Shown here one piece after another: positions 18,044 through 28,461 of a DNA stretch of 64,000 bases. A model generated the notes under the pieces. It ran no database searches, was not told the DNA's origin, and saw only the letters and a program-made list of their open reading frames with translations. The stretch's first letter is position 1, and every line of letters starts with the position of its first letter. The translations under genes were made by a program, and so were the position numbers. Source of the stretch: a bacterium (GTDB lineage: Bacteria; Electryoneota; JAOADG01); NCBI GenBank assembly GCA_963681965.1, contig OY820579.1, positions 1,440,001 to 1,504,000 of the forward strand, written 5' to 3'.

Positions 18044-19660
18044 ATGAATGGAAAAGAACTAATCACCCAGACAAAATCGACGCTGAATCGGTTGTCGAAT
18101 CCACAAAAGTTGTTACTGGGAATCCTCGGATTTGGTGGAATCTTTGCCATATCGCTGATTCTTTGGTGGTCAGCTCGTCCCGATTACGTTGTCTTGTTCT
18201 CCAATATGAATCAACAAGACGGTGGCAAAATCCTTACTTTTCTTCAAGAATCGAATATCCCCTATCAATTCGAAGGTGGTGGATCGACCATCAAAGTTCC
18301 TCAAGAAAAAGTCTATGAAATCCGCTTAAAATTAGCCAATCTGGGGCTTCCGCAACAAAAGGGCAATGGCTACGAATTGTTCGATAAAGTCAATTTCGGC
18401 ATGAGTGACTTCATGCAAAAATTGAATTATCGACGGGCGCTGGAAGGGGAATTGCAACGAACGATCATGTCGATGGAAGAGATTGAAGCAGCGCGTGTTC
18501 ATCTCGTGATTCCTGAACAATCATTGTTTGCCGATAAAGAAAAACCGACGACCGCTTCGGTGACACTCAAGTTGAAAGCCAATTCGACACTAAATCAACA
18601 GCAGGTCCAAGGTATGGCATTCTTGGTTTCAGGCGCAGTTGAAGGTTTGAAAATGGAGAATGTTATGATCGTCGACTCGCGCGGAAATGTATTGTCAAAT
18701 CCGCTGGAGCGCGATCCAATCGTTGCATTATCTGCTACTCAACTCCAGATGCAAAAACAGCTCGAGCAGTCGATCCAAAACAATGTGCAATCGATGTTGG
18801 ATAAATTACTGGGAAGTAATAAATCGATTGTAAGAGTCACTGCAAAATTGGATTTTCAGCGGATCGAGGAGCAACGCGAAACCTACGATAATTTAAATCC
18901 GGCAATTCGCAGTGAAGAACGGAACGAATCGACCAGCAACGGTGGATCCGATGGTTCAACCAGTACAGAAAGTACCGTCACCAATTACGAAGTAAGTCGA
19001 ACGGTTCAGAAGCTCCAGAACAGTGTCGGTGGTGTTCAGAAATTATCGCTTGCGGTAATCATCGATGGTGCTTACAAGAAAGTAGGAACCGGCGACAATG
19101 CCAAACTGGAATATCAACCCCGCTCCGATGTTGAATTGAAGAGTATTGCCGGCGCGATTCGCGGTGCGGTCGGATTTGATTCTTTGCGTGGTGATCGATT
19201 GGAGTTATCGAATGTACCATTCGATGTAACGCAGACCGAACAACAGAATGAAGAATTCCGTCAGACTGAGAAAATGGAATTCTGGCGAATGGTGATCGAG
19301 CGAAGTGTGTTGGTTCTGGGTGCGTTGGTCATACTGTTGATGGTGCGTGGATTATTGAAGCGGCACGCTAAAGCTTCCGAAGCGGCACTTGAAAAGACGA
19401 TGGTCGAAATTCGACCGCAACCGCCGGAACAATTAAGTCCAGGGCACCATGTTGCCGGGGCATTACCGTCTGGAAGCTCTGCAGTACGGCAAATCGAGGA
19501 GCATCAACGCAGGATGTTGAGTGGATTACCTGATTTGGATACGCAACTTTCCGATGAAGTGGTCCAGATGAAACAGTTGCAAGAACAACTGGAAGAGTTT
19601 GCGGTAAGTAGTCCGGAAAACGCGGCTCGGTTGTTGAAAACCTGGTTGATTGAGGGATAG
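18044..19660 (+). CDS. fliF: Flagellar M-ring protein FliF
   Basis: GYELFD, RALEGELQRTI, ARVHLVIP and TASVTL; two TM segments. Confidence 0.96.
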   Translation: MNGKELITQTKSTLNRLSNPQKLLLGILGFGGIFAISLILWWSARPDYVVLFSNMNQQDGGKILTFLQESNIPYQFEGGGSTIKVPQEKVYEIRLKLANLGLPQQKGNGYELFDKVNFGMSDFMQKLNYRRALEGELQRTIMSMEEIEAARVHLVIPEQSLFADKEKPTTASVTLKLKANSTLNQQQVQGMAFLVSGAVEGLKMENVMIVDSRGNVLSNPLERDPIVALSATQLQMQKQLEQSIQNNVQSMLDKLLGSNKSIVRVTAKLDFQRIEEQRETYDNLNPAIRSEERNESTSNGGSDGSTSTESTVTNYEVSRTVQKLQNSVGGVQKLSLAVIIDGAYKKVGTGDNAKLEYQPRSDVELKSIAGAIRGAVGFDSLRGDRLELSNVPFDVTQTEQQNEEFRQTEKMEFWRMVIERSVLVLGALVILLMVRGLLKRHAKASEAALEKTMVEIRPQPPEQLSPGHHVAGALPSGSSAVRQIEEHQRRMLSGLPDLDTQLSDEVVQMKQLQEQLEEFAVSSPENAARLLKTWLIEG

Positions 19661-19662
19661 TC

Positions 19663-20685
19663 ATGGCACAAGTTGGCGCAAAATACCATCCCGGCAATAT
19701 CTCCGGTAAAATGAAAGCCGCGATTTTTCTGGTCGCATTGGGCATCAAAGCCTCAAGTGGAATCTATCGCTACTTGAGCGATTCCGAAATCGAAATATTG
19801 ACGACTGAAATCGCTCGACTTGATAATGTACCTTCTTCGGTGATACAAAGTATTATTGAAGAATATCACCACATGGTCCTCGCGCAGGAATATATCGCAA
19901 CCGGTGGTTTGGCGTATGCTCAGGAAATTCTCGAAAATTCCGTGGGTGAACAACGTGCGATGGAAATTATCCGGAAAGTTCAACTATCGTTGCAAGTCAA
20001 GGGTTTCAATATTCTACAAAACGTCGATAGCAACCAGTTGCTTGCATTCCTTCAGAAAGAGCATCCGCAAACAATCGCACTGGTTATGACGCAACTCAAT
20101 CCGATTCAAGCCGCTAATGTTATGCAAGATTTTCCACCGTCGTTACAAGTCGAAGTTGTATATCGATTGGCGCAAATGGAACGTGTTTCGCCGGAAACTA
20201 TCGCAGCAGTGGAACGCGTCTTGGAATCCCGTATCGATTTCTCACAGAGTACATCGAAACTGGGTGGTGTTAAAGCCGCTTCCGAGATCTTGAACCTGAT
20301 GGGAACTCGGCATGAGAAATCGATTCTATCCGGGATTGCACGGGATAATCCAACGCTTGCTACCGAAATCAAAAACTTGATGTTTGTTTTCGAAGATCTG
20401 ATGAATCTCGATGATCGATCGCTGCAGAAGGTATTGAAAGAAGTCGACAACAAGGAACTCGCGATGTCGTTGAAGGCTTGCAGCAACGAACTCAAAGGTC
20501 GAATTCTCTCGAATATGTCGAAACGTGCTGCCGAAATGATCGAAGAAGAGTTGGGATATATGGGTCCGGTTCGTTTACGAGAAGTGGAAGAAGTGCAACA
20601 GCGAATTATCGATATCGTTCGACGATTGGAAGAAGAAGGTCAAATAGTAGTTACTGGCTCGACTACGGAAGATCAGTTGGTGTAA
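19663..20685 (+). CDS. fliG: Flagellar motor switch protein FliG
   Basis: EHPQTIAL, MFVFEDL and MGPVRLREVEE. Confidence 0.97.
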   Translation: MAQVGAKYHPGNISGKMKAAIFLVALGIKASSGIYRYLSDSEIEILTTEIARLDNVPSSVIQSIIEEYHHMVLAQEYIATGGLAYAQEILENSVGEQRAMEIIRKVQLSLQVKGFNILQNVDSNQLLAFLQKEHPQTIALVMTQLNPIQAANVMQDFPPSLQVEVVYRLAQMERVSPETIAAVERVLESRIDFSQSTSKLGGVKAASEILNLMGTRHEKSILSGIARDNPTLATEIKNLMFVFEDLMNLDDRSLQKVLKEVDNKELAMSLKACSNELKGRILSNMSKRAAEMIEEELGYMGPVRLREVEEVQQRIIDIVRRLEEEGQIVVTGSTTEDQLV

Positions 20686-20692
20686 TATCAAA

Positions 20693-21418
20693 ATGAATCG
20701 CAAAGACCCGTTGGAAGCAACATCGGTTAAATCGCGCAGAATCTCGGCGATCGAAGGGATGCCGATCGATACCGAACCGATGTGGGTCAGACCGCAACCG
20801 ATAATAAAACTACCAAAACGCGAAACCGAGCCGCGTAGTAATGTGTTTGATATAGCTAAGAAATTGGCATCGGAACGCAATGAAGATCGTAATGCCGCTG
20901 TCGAAGATGCTTACCAACGAGGATTTGACGAAGGGTATGCCACGGCGGAACGCGAGTGGCAAGAACGATCGGCAACAATTGCCCGAAGATTCGAATCGTA
21001 CGCATTGCAAATCGACCAAGCAGTCTCATCGATTTACCGGGAATTGGTCGATCCGATGACCGAACTGTCATTACTGATTGCAAAGCGTGCATGTGCAACG
21101 GAATTGCAGATCACTCCGGAAATAGTCGCGAAACTAATCTGGAATGTGTGTAAAGAAATCGGTGATCGATCCGAATTGAATATTCTCATTAATCCCGATG
21201 ATTTAGTCGCGATGCAAGAAGCTGGAGTTGATATACTTTCCGGTGTTGCCGCGACTAGTAAAATTAAAATTACACCGGCAAAAGGAATGACTCGCGGCGG
21301 ATGTATTGTCGAGACTCCGCAAGGCACTTGGGATGCCCGTTGGGAAACCCGCTGGAATGAATTAGTCAATACGATGTTGCAACGAGGATCGACCTTATCG
21401 GAGCGAATCGATGCGTGA
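20693..21418 (+). CDS. fliH: Flagellar assembly protein FliH
   Basis: AYQRGFDEGY (GxxxG), INPDD and RGGCIVET; lies between fliG and fliI. Confidence 0.9.
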   Translation: MNRKDPLEATSVKSRRISAIEGMPIDTEPMWVRPQPIIKLPKRETEPRSNVFDIAKKLASERNEDRNAAVEDAYQRGFDEGYATAEREWQERSATIARRFESYALQIDQAVSSIYRELVDPMTELSLLIAKRACATELQITPEIVAKLIWNVCKEIGDRSELNILINPDDLVAMQEAGVDILSGVAATSKIKITPAKGMTRGGCIVETPQGTWDARWETRWNELVNTMLQRGSTLSERIDA

Positions 21419-22733
21419 AGGATCGCCATTTGCCGAGCCATTTGCACCTGCGTTTCAACGGGCATCGGAAGTAAATCCGGTCGTCCAGAGCGGAAAAGTC
21501 GTGCAAGTTGTTGGATTAGTAATCGAAGCGAATGGACCATCGGCTACGGTCGGTGAGGCATGCCGTATCGTTACGAAAACCGGAATGGTACCTGCCGAAA
21601 TTGTTGGATTTCGCGAAGGTCGAGTGTTATTAATGCCGCTAGGCGAACCAGAAGGCATCGCACCCGGTTCGGAAGTGATCGCATTACGACATCACTGGAC
21701 TGTTCCAGTAGGCGACGAGTTATTAGGACGAATCCTGGATGGTCTAGGTCATCCGATGGATGGTAAGGGTCCACTCAATTGCATGAAAGTTCGTTCTTTG
21801 CGTGGAAGTGCGCCGAATCCATTAACTCGATCCCGGATCAATGAGCCATTCATAACCGGACTAAGAGCAATCGACAGTCTGACAACAATCGGTAAAGGGC
21901 AGCGAATGGGCATCTTTGCCGGTTCCGGTGTCGGAAAATCGGTATTGCTCGGACAGATTGCCAAATTCAGTAAATCCGATGTAGCAGTAATTGGTTTGAT
22001 CGGCGAACGCGGTAGAGAAGTACGAGAATTTATTGAACGCGATCTTGGTGAAGAAGGTTTGAAGCGTAGTGTTGTGGTTGTGGCGACTTCCGATCAGCCC
22101 GCATTGGTAAGATTGAAAGCTTCGTTGGTCGCAACGGCGATTGCCGAGCACTTCCGCAGTGAAAGTAAAGATGTCGTATTAATGATGGACTCGGCAACCC
22201 GACTCGCAATGGCGCAACGCGAAGTAGGTCTCACAATCGGCGAACCACCGACAACAAAAGGGTATACACCGTCGGTTTTTGCGATGTTACCGAAATTGTT
22301 CGAACGTGCCGGAAAAGATGAACACGGTTCAATCACCGGTCTATATACGATTCTGGTGGATGGAGACGATTTAACCGAGCCGGTTGCGGACGCAGCACGA
22401 TCAATTCTCGATGGTCACTTATGGTTGTCGCGAAAATTGGCGGCGATGAACCGCTACCCGGCAATCGATCCGTTGCATTCTATCTCGCGCGTGATGCCGG
22501 ATGTAGTATCGAAAGAACACTACAAAGCCTCCAAAGAAATTATCTCGAATCTTGCCGCATATGCCGAAGCAGAGGATTTAATCAATATCGGTGCGTATGT
22601 GACGGGTTCGAATCCGAAGATTGACCGTGCCATTTCCAAATATTCTGCGATTGTAGAATTTTTGCGACAGGGAATTTTGGATGTTTCGTCGTTCGAATTG
22701 ACAATTGAGTCATTAATGCGATTGGCACAATAG
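21411..22733 (+). CDS. fliI: Flagellar export ATPase FliI
   Basis: GIFAGSGVGKS, GERGREVREF and GEPPTTKGY. Confidence 0.97.
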   Translation: MREGSPFAEPFAPAFQRASEVNPVVQSGKVVQVVGLVIEANGPSATVGEACRIVTKTGMVPAEIVGFREGRVLLMPLGEPEGIAPGSEVIALRHHWTVPVGDELLGRILDGLGHPMDGKGPLNCMKVRSLRGSAPNPLTRSRINEPFITGLRAIDSLTTIGKGQRMGIFAGSGVGKSVLLGQIAKFSKSDVAVIGLIGERGREVREFIERDLGEEGLKRSVVVVATSDQPALVRLKASLVATAIAEHFRSESKDVVLMMDSATRLAMAQREVGLTIGEPPTTKGYTPSVFAMLPKLFERAGKDEHGSITGLYTILVDGDDLTEPVADAARSILDGHLWLSRKLAAMNRYPAIDPLHSISRVMPDVVSKEHYKASKEIISNLAAYAEAEDLINIGAYVTGSNPKIDRAISKYSAIVEFLRQGILDVSSFELTIESLMRLAQ

Positions 22734-22747
22734 CACGATAGGCGAGT

Positions 22748-23200
22748 GTGATGGAAAAATTCAAGTTTCGCCTCGAACGGGTACTGGATGTCAAACGAAT
22801 TCGCGAGAAGGAAAAGCAACGCGAATGGGTGGTTGCTCGAATGGAGCGTGAAGAACGTCAGCGCGAAGAACATGAGCTGAAACTGGATCATCAAGCATTC
22901 AACAATCGTCGGAAAACCAACGCCAGTATCGGTGAGATGAAAATTGAGGCGGAATTGTCACGAGGAATTCGCTTCAAAATCCGCAAACAAGCGATTAAAG
23001 TAGCTCAGGCAACACTTCTAGAAGATCAGGCAAATCAGCGACTTCTCGAAGCAATGAAGGAACGAAAAGTGCTAGACAATCTTCGCGATCGAAAGCAGGA
23101 AGAACATCGCATCGAAGAAAATCGACAGGAGCAGAAATCGATCGATGAAGTCGCATCGCGAAGATACATCGATACGCTTCATAAAGGTAGCCGATCATGA
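22748..23200 (+). CDS. fliJ: Flagellar export protein FliJ
   Basis: FKFRLERVL, coiled coil and EQKSIDE. Confidence 0.9.
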   Translation: MMEKFKFRLERVLDVKRIREKEKQREWVVARMEREERQREEHELKLDHQAFNNRRKTNASIGEMKIEAELSRGIRFKIRKQAIKVAQATLLEDQANQRLLEAMKERKVLDNLRDRKQEEHRIEENRQEQKSIDEVASRRYIDTLHKGSRS

Positions 23201-23892
23201 GTTTGCGACAAATGATCACTTTATTCTTGATTACACTGTTGTCTTTGATCCTTTTGATATGTGTCGGATGTGGCAAGAAAGAAGCAGAAAATCAGGAAAC
23301 CAAAAAAGACGTAGACACTTTGAGTGTGGTGAAAGCCAAGAATCCGATGAAAGTATCGTTGGATACAATTCCCTTTCGACCACTGCCCAATCATGGATTA
23401 ATGCGGGACTTGTCGTTGCAGGATGATTCTACTCTGGATGCTCAAAATGCCGCAAATGAAACACCTGCGATTGATTCGTTTGTCGTTCATGTTCCTGCAG
23501 ATACCCAGAAAATTTTACAATTATCCGGATATCCTCGCAAACTCGATTCGTTACTCGCAGTGAAGCGAACGATCGAACAGTCTTCGATCAATCTAAAGGA
23601 TTCGCTAGTTCGAACAATAAGCAATTTGACCGATTTACGCGATGGTCTGGGTAAGAAAAAAGTCGACGACGAGAAAGCTGAAGAAGCTCGATTAATCAAA
23701 TTGGCAAAGCTCATTGAGGGGATGAAACCGCAACAAGCCGCACCGATGTTGGATAAACTTCCACCTAAAGTTGCCGCTCAGATCGTTGCGAGACTAAAGG
23801 AACGAACGGCAGGTCGAGTACTGGCAGCAATGCCATTGGCGAAATCATCGCAGATCGCAATGCTAATTAAATCGGGTGATTATCAAAATTAG
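23197..23892 (+). CDS. MotE/FlbB-like (MgtE N-domain) putative lipoprotein
   Basis: Lipobox-like ICVGC; C-terminal LAKLIEGMKPQQAA...AGRVLAAM; follows fliJ. Confidence 0.75.
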   Translation: MSLRQMITLFLITLLSLILLICVGCGKKEAENQETKKDVDTLSVVKAKNPMKVSLDTIPFRPLPNHGLMRDLSLQDDSTLDAQNAANETPAIDSFVVHVPADTQKILQLSGYPRKLDSLLAVKRTIEQSSINLKDSLVRTISNLTDLRDGLGKKKVDDEKAEEARLIKLAKLIEGMKPQQAAPMLDKLPPKVAAQIVARLKERTAGRVLAAMPLAKSSQIAMLIKSGDYQN

Positions 23893-23908
23893 AAATTAGG
23901 TTGATCGT

Positions 23909-23925
23909 TCGGCACGGATTTGGCT
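23909..23925 (+). promoter_or_regulatory. Sigma54 promoter upstream of fliK
   Basis: TCGGCACGGATTTGGCT, GG-N10-GC. Confidence 0.65.
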
Positions 23926-23958
23926 CTCTATCGAGCTGATCAAAAAGTATCAGGAAAA

Positions 23959-25134
23959 ATGAGCACACAAATCGGAACTGGAGTGACATCGAAAAAGCCC
24001 CGTCGGGATGCCGTGGGGTTACCACTGTTTGCTGCAACGCGTCCGTCGCGAGTAGGCAACAGTACATGTCAACTACTCCCGATCGGATCGAAAAAGACCG
24101 GTAAACTGGTTGCAAACTCACCTATCCCACAAAATTCGATGGCAACATTCACAAAGCTGTTATCGGATAAATCGCGCGAAGTGACTCCACATGGACGCGA
24201 TAAAAATATTGCGAACATTCAACTTACATCCGAAAATCGAGCAGATATTCCGAATTCTTTTATCGATCCGTTGCAGAAAAAGCTGCAGGTGCCAGTAGAA
24301 AAAGTTGCCGCTCGACTTGAAGTTTCCGATCCACTCGGTCTACTTGGACAGACAAAACACCTTCAGAAGAAGATGCCATCGATCCTTCAATCTGAAACTT
24401 CTCAATCATTTACACTGGATAACTCGAAATCGCAATTCAATAAACTGCTAGATGAAGCCGGTACTCGAAGAGTGAATCGGAAATCAGATGCGGAGGATGC
24501 GTCAGTTGATGTAACTCGATCAAAAGCGACTCCTCCGAAAGAAAAGTTCGCTGAAACTCCAATATCGATGTCAACTCAACGAGCACCTGTCAATGAAACC
24601 AATACGTCGATCTCGCCATTGATCCACACCAATCGAAATTCGGCGAATTTACATTCGACCAAAACCGAAACCACATCGAAATCTTCTGCTCCGAATACCC
24701 CCCCTGTCAATTTCTCCGACCTCTTGGTAAAATTGGGAGCGGAACTGAAGCAACGGATGGTTAATGGCGATCGCACGTTGGACGTCATGATCGCTACTCC
24801 CATGCTCGGCAAACTGAAAATCGAACTCGTCGAGCAAGAGGGTAAAATGCAGGCGACGTTTATTGCCGAATCGCCTGCGTTACGCGATCAATTATTGCGA
24901 GATCGCGACCGTTTACAATCGCTGTTACCGGTAATCGATGGAAAAACGGCTGAAGTATTTGTCTCGACCGACCCCTCGTCGCAACAATCTGCACAATATC
25001 AGTCCACCTCTCGTGAAAGTCACGAAACAACTTCGAATCATTTCTCCGATATGGCACGAAATTTGAACCATTTTGAGCCGGTAGCAGAGCGTCGCGTCCT
25101 TTCGCCGAATGCTACCCGTGAATGGATTGGATAA
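23959..25134 (+). CDS. fliK: Flagellar hook-length control protein FliK
   Basis: Long low-complexity N-terminus and C-terminal T3S4 domain PMLGKLKIEL...ATFIAESPALRDQL; lies before flgD. Start taken at ATG 23959, downstream of the sigma54 promoter. Confidence 0.8.
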   Translation: MSTQIGTGVTSKKPRRDAVGLPLFAATRPSRVGNSTCQLLPIGSKKTGKLVANSPIPQNSMATFTKLLSDKSREVTPHGRDKNIANIQLTSENRADIPNSFIDPLQKKLQVPVEKVAARLEVSDPLGLLGQTKHLQKKMPSILQSETSQSFTLDNSKSQFNKLLDEAGTRRVNRKSDAEDASVDVTRSKATPPKEKFAETPISMSTQRAPVNETNTSISPLIHTNRNSANLHSTKTETTSKSSAPNTPPVNFSDLLVKLGAELKQRMVNGDRTLDVMIATPMLGKLKIELVEQEGKMQATFIAESPALRDQLLRDRDRLQSLLPVIDGKTAEVFVSTDPSSQQSAQYQSTSRESHETTSNHFSDMARNLNHFEPVAERRVLSPNATREWIG

Positions 25135-25218
25135 TTCGTCACCAACTCAACACCAGAATCAACTATTTGAAGTAATTGTCTTTTCAAACTGGTTTCCGTT
25201 GGTGTAATCGGAGGATTT

Positions 25219-25938
25219 ATGGAAACATCTCAAATTAGTTCGACCTCTCCTCCAGTATCGTTGCTTCAGAGAACGTCAAGTTCCACGTTGGGAAAAGACG
25301 ATTTTCTGAAATTGTTAATGACGCAAATGTCGCATCAGGATCCGCTATCGCCGATGGATAGCAACGAAATGATGTCGCAAATGTCGCAACTAGGTCAGGT
25401 GGAACAACTCACAAATCTCAATACGGCAATTCAACAATCATTGCAGAATGATGCCGTCTATCAACAATCGTTGCAGAACCAGCTAGCTGCTAACATGATT
25501 GGAAAACGCGTTCGCGGTACTGGCGATACGATCAAGGTCGAAGCGGAAGCAACCCAATCGTTGGGATACCGGTTCGAGAGTACGATTTCGAGTGGGAACG
25601 TTGAAATTTACGATTCCAATGGAAAATTGGTCAGAACCTTGGCATTATCGACCCAAGCTAGTGGCGATCACACCATTTCGTGGGATGGTAAAGACGAAAG
25701 CGGAGTGGCAGTAACTGCGGGAACCTATACAGTCAAAGTAACCGGAACCGATGCCAATGGCGATAGCGTTTCCGGAACACCCTCCAACTGGTACCGGATT
25801 GACGGTGTTACTTATCGAAACGGCACTGCTTATCTCACCAGCGGTACGAAAGAAATTGCATTTGCCGATATCCGCGAAATCAAAGAAGCATCCACAACAT
25901 TGCTGAAGCAACTCGGATTGGCAGGGCTATCGAAATGA
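25219..25938 (+). CDS. flgD: Flagellar hook assembly protein FlgD
   Basis: LGKDDFLKLLMTQMSHQDPLSPMD; Ig domain WDGKDESG. Confidence 0.96.
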   Translation: METSQISSTSPPVSLLQRTSSSTLGKDDFLKLLMTQMSHQDPLSPMDSNEMMSQMSQLGQVEQLTNLNTAIQQSLQNDAVYQQSLQNQLAANMIGKRVRGTGDTIKVEAEATQSLGYRFESTISSGNVEIYDSNGKLVRTLALSTQASGDHTISWDGKDESGVAVTAGTYTVKVTGTDANGDSVSGTPSNWYRIDGVTYRNGTAYLTSGTKEIAFADIREIKEASTTLLKQLGLAGLSK

Positions 25939-26375
25939 TCGCTCCTATCGATGCTCTCCGTGCTGTCGATCGCTATCAACAATCGGTTTCGGCAATCGAT
26001 GGCGGTATCCGAACCCGCCAACTCGATCCGGCAACGATTCATCGCAATAAACCACAACCCCCACCGGTTGCTGGCGAATCATTTTCCGAAGTACTGCGTA
26101 AACGGGTCGACCTCGATAATCGACCAGTTGAATTCAGTCGTCATGCGATCGATCGCATTGCCGAGCGCGCAATTCCATTTGGGACACAGCAGCTTCAACG
26201 ATTGTCGGAAGGAATTGATCGTGCACAGGCAAAAGGGTCGCAGACTGCTGCAGTGATGGTCGACGATGTTGCGATGGTGGTGGCGGTTAACAATCGAACA
26301 GTCATTACGGCTGTACCAGTGAACCAATTGAAAGAAGGGGTTTTGACCCAGATCGATTCGGTTCTGTTCGTGTAA
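25935..26375 (+). CDS. Flagellar operon protein (TIGR02530-like)
   Basis: FSRHAIDRI...AQAKGS...VAVNNRTVITA...TQIDSVLFV; lies between flgD and flgE. Confidence 0.85.
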   Translation: MIAPIDALRAVDRYQQSVSAIDGGIRTRQLDPATIHRNKPQPPPVAGESFSEVLRKRVDLDNRPVEFSRHAIDRIAERAIPFGTQQLQRLSEGIDRAQAKGSQTAAVMVDDVAMVVAVNNRTVITAVPVNQLKEGVLTQIDSVLFV

Positions 26376-26416
26376 TTTTTACGAAATCTAATTGGAAAAT
26401 TTAGCGACTTGGAAGT

Positions 26417-26463
26417 AGGCTGGACCTCAGGGGAGCCGAACCGGTGGATCGACTGAAGCCGGT
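26417..26463 (+). ncRNA. Putative two-hairpin cis-regulatory RNA leader of flgE
   Basis: GGCT-GGACCTCAGGGG-AGCC and ACCGGT-GGATCGACTGAA-GCCGGT just upstream of the flgE RBS. Confidence 0.5.
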
Positions 26464-26488
26464 AGGAGTCGCGAAAGGAGAAGTCATT

Positions 26489-28411
26489 ATGATGCGTAGT
26501 CTGTTTGCTGCAATGAGTGGTTTGCAAGCTCACCAAACAATGGTGGATGTCACTTCGAACAATATCGCCAATGCGAATACCCACGGATACAAGCAGAGTC
26601 GAGTGTCGTTTGCCGATCAACTCTCGCAGAATATTTTTGGCGGCAGTCGACCGACCGAAAATCTCGGTGGAATCAATGGAGTACAAGTAGGACTTGGCGT
26701 ACGAGTCAATTCGATCGATCAGATCATGTCCCAGGGAAGCTTGGAGCAAACGGGAAATACGTTGGATCTGGCGGTTTCCGGTGACGGTTTCTTTGTCGTA
26801 TCGGATGGCGCGAAAAATTACTATACCCGGAACGGCGCATTCGGTATGGACGGCGACGGCTTTATAACCCTGCAAGGTTCAGCGTATCGCGTAATGGGTC
26901 GGATGGCAAGCGAAGATGGAACGATTACCGGCACGGAATCTACCGGCGCACTTAAACTCCCGCTACAGATGAAGATTGCTGCGAAGGCAACATCGAGTAT
27001 CGACTTTGCCTGTAACCTTGATGCCGATGCCACGAATTCAATTGCGACACTAGGTAGTGCAGGAACAACCGGGTTGTCGCAAGTCAGCGGTACTGCTGTT
27101 GACGGTGCCGGTGGAACGCATGCCCTTTCGATCACCGGAGCCAATGCTACTCGTGATTCGCTCACTTCTACGCAAACCACGTTGACTACCGATACAATTT
27201 TAAGTAGTCTAGGTGTATCCGGTGCTTCGTTTACAATTACAGTAGATGGCGGTACGGCGCAAACGATAACTGGACTATCGAGTGGATCATCGATCGGCGA
27301 TTTGATCAATGCAATCAATACTCAAGTTCCCGGTGCAGTAGCACAATTGGTCACTTCAGGATCGCCGGCCACTACTAGCTTGGTGGTCGAACGGAAGACT
27401 TACGGGGATCATGCGACGCACAATCTCGAATTTGCCGATGTGGCTGGTGGCACCAATAATATCGTTGGTGTGTTGTTTGGAACGAATACTGTCACATCTG
27501 GTGGCACGAATTCGACTTTGTCTGCGTTGGATACATTTACCGCCACCGGTTCGACGACCCCGTCGTATACCGATCGTGCTCTGACTCTATCCAGAAATTC
27601 CGATGGATTAGTGATTGGAATCGATGGTCTTGGAAATGGTGGAGTTACGATGACTGCCGCGAACGGTCTCGCGAGCGGCACCGCTTCTATCACTACTACC
27701 GATACTAGCCACTCGACTTCGATGGTGGTCTACGATTCACTTGGTGTCGGGCACAATTTAAACGTAACCTTTAGTAAGAGCGGAAATGCCAATGAATGGC
27801 GTTGGGCGGCAACGCTTCCGTCGGAATCGAGTGCGACACTTGCAGGAAATACCGGAACGATTAAATTCAATTTGGATGGATCGTTAAATTCATTCAATTA
27901 CGACGGTGGTGCGAGTGGGGTATCGCTGCAAGCCAGTAACGGTACCGAAGCGTTGAATATCAATTTGAATGCCGGTTTAATCGGTTCGCTCAAAGGGATT
28001 ACTCAAACCAGTGCCGCATTTAGCACGGCCGCCGTCAGTCAAAACGGGTATGCTTCCGGTAAACTCGATGGTATTAGTGTTGACAATTCGGGTAAAATTA
28101 TCGGTTCATTTACTAACGGTTTGAATCGAACACTCGCCGAGGTCGATTTGGCAACTTTCAGTAATGCCCAGGGATTGACCAAAACTGGTGGAAACCTGTT
28201 CGAAGTATCGGCAAATTCCGGCGACCCGAAAATCGGTGCCGCGACCACCAATAATAGTCAAATATATTCGGGATATCTGGAATTGTCGAATGTCGACCTG
28301 ACGAAAGAATTCACCAATCTGATTATCGGACAGCGCGGTTTCTCGGCAAATAGCCGTGCAGTGCAAAGTGCCGATCAGATGTTGATGGAAGTTCTGCAGA
28401 TTAAGCGGTAA
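26489..28411 (+). CDS. flgE: Flagellar hook protein FlgE (long form)
   Basis: MMRSLFAAMSGL...NNIANANT.GYK, YTRNGAF and LELSNVDLTKEF; AGGAG RBS before 26489. Confidence 0.95.
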   Translation: MMRSLFAAMSGLQAHQTMVDVTSNNIANANTHGYKQSRVSFADQLSQNIFGGSRPTENLGGINGVQVGLGVRVNSIDQIMSQGSLEQTGNTLDLAVSGDGFFVVSDGAKNYYTRNGAFGMDGDGFITLQGSAYRVMGRMASEDGTITGTESTGALKLPLQMKIAAKATSSIDFACNLDADATNSIATLGSAGTTGLSQVSGTAVDGAGGTHALSITGANATRDSLTSTQTTLTTDTILSSLGVSGASFTITVDGGTAQTITGLSSGSSIGDLINAINTQVPGAVAQLVTSGSPATTSLVVERKTYGDHATHNLEFADVAGGTNNIVGVLFGTNTVTSGGTNSTLSALDTFTATGSTTPSYTDRALTLSRNSDGLVIGIDGLGNGGVTMTAANGLASGTASITTTDTSHSTSMVVYDSLGVGHNLNVTFSKSGNANEWRWAATLPSESSATLAGNTGTIKFNLDGSLNSFNYDGGASGVSLQASNGTEALNINLNAGLIGSLKGITQTSAAFSTAAVSQNGYASGKLDGISVDNSGKIIGSFTNGLNRTLAEVDLATFSNAQGLTKTGGNLFEVSANSGDPKIGAATTNNSQIYSGYLELSNVDLTKEFTNLIIGQRGFSANSRAVQSADQMLMEVLQIKR

Positions 28412-28423
28412 TTGAATTAACCT

Positions 28424-28445
28424 TCCCCCCGCCATGGCGGGGGGA
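28424..28445. repeat. Perfect 22-bp palindrome between flgE and fliL
   Basis: TCCCCCCGCCATGGCGGGGGGA; no U-tract. Confidence 0.65.
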
Positions 28446-28461
28446 TTCAAAGGGTACGCAG

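Noticed and set aside
20970-20985. CGGCA-ACAAT-TGCCC enhancer-like motif in fliH
   Set aside because: It is intragenic with no sigma54 promoter at a suitable distance, so it is likely chance.
25051-25067. Sigma54-like site TGGCACGAAATTTGA inside fliK
   Set aside because: It has GA instead of the conserved -12 GC and lies in coding sequence; possible but unsupported.
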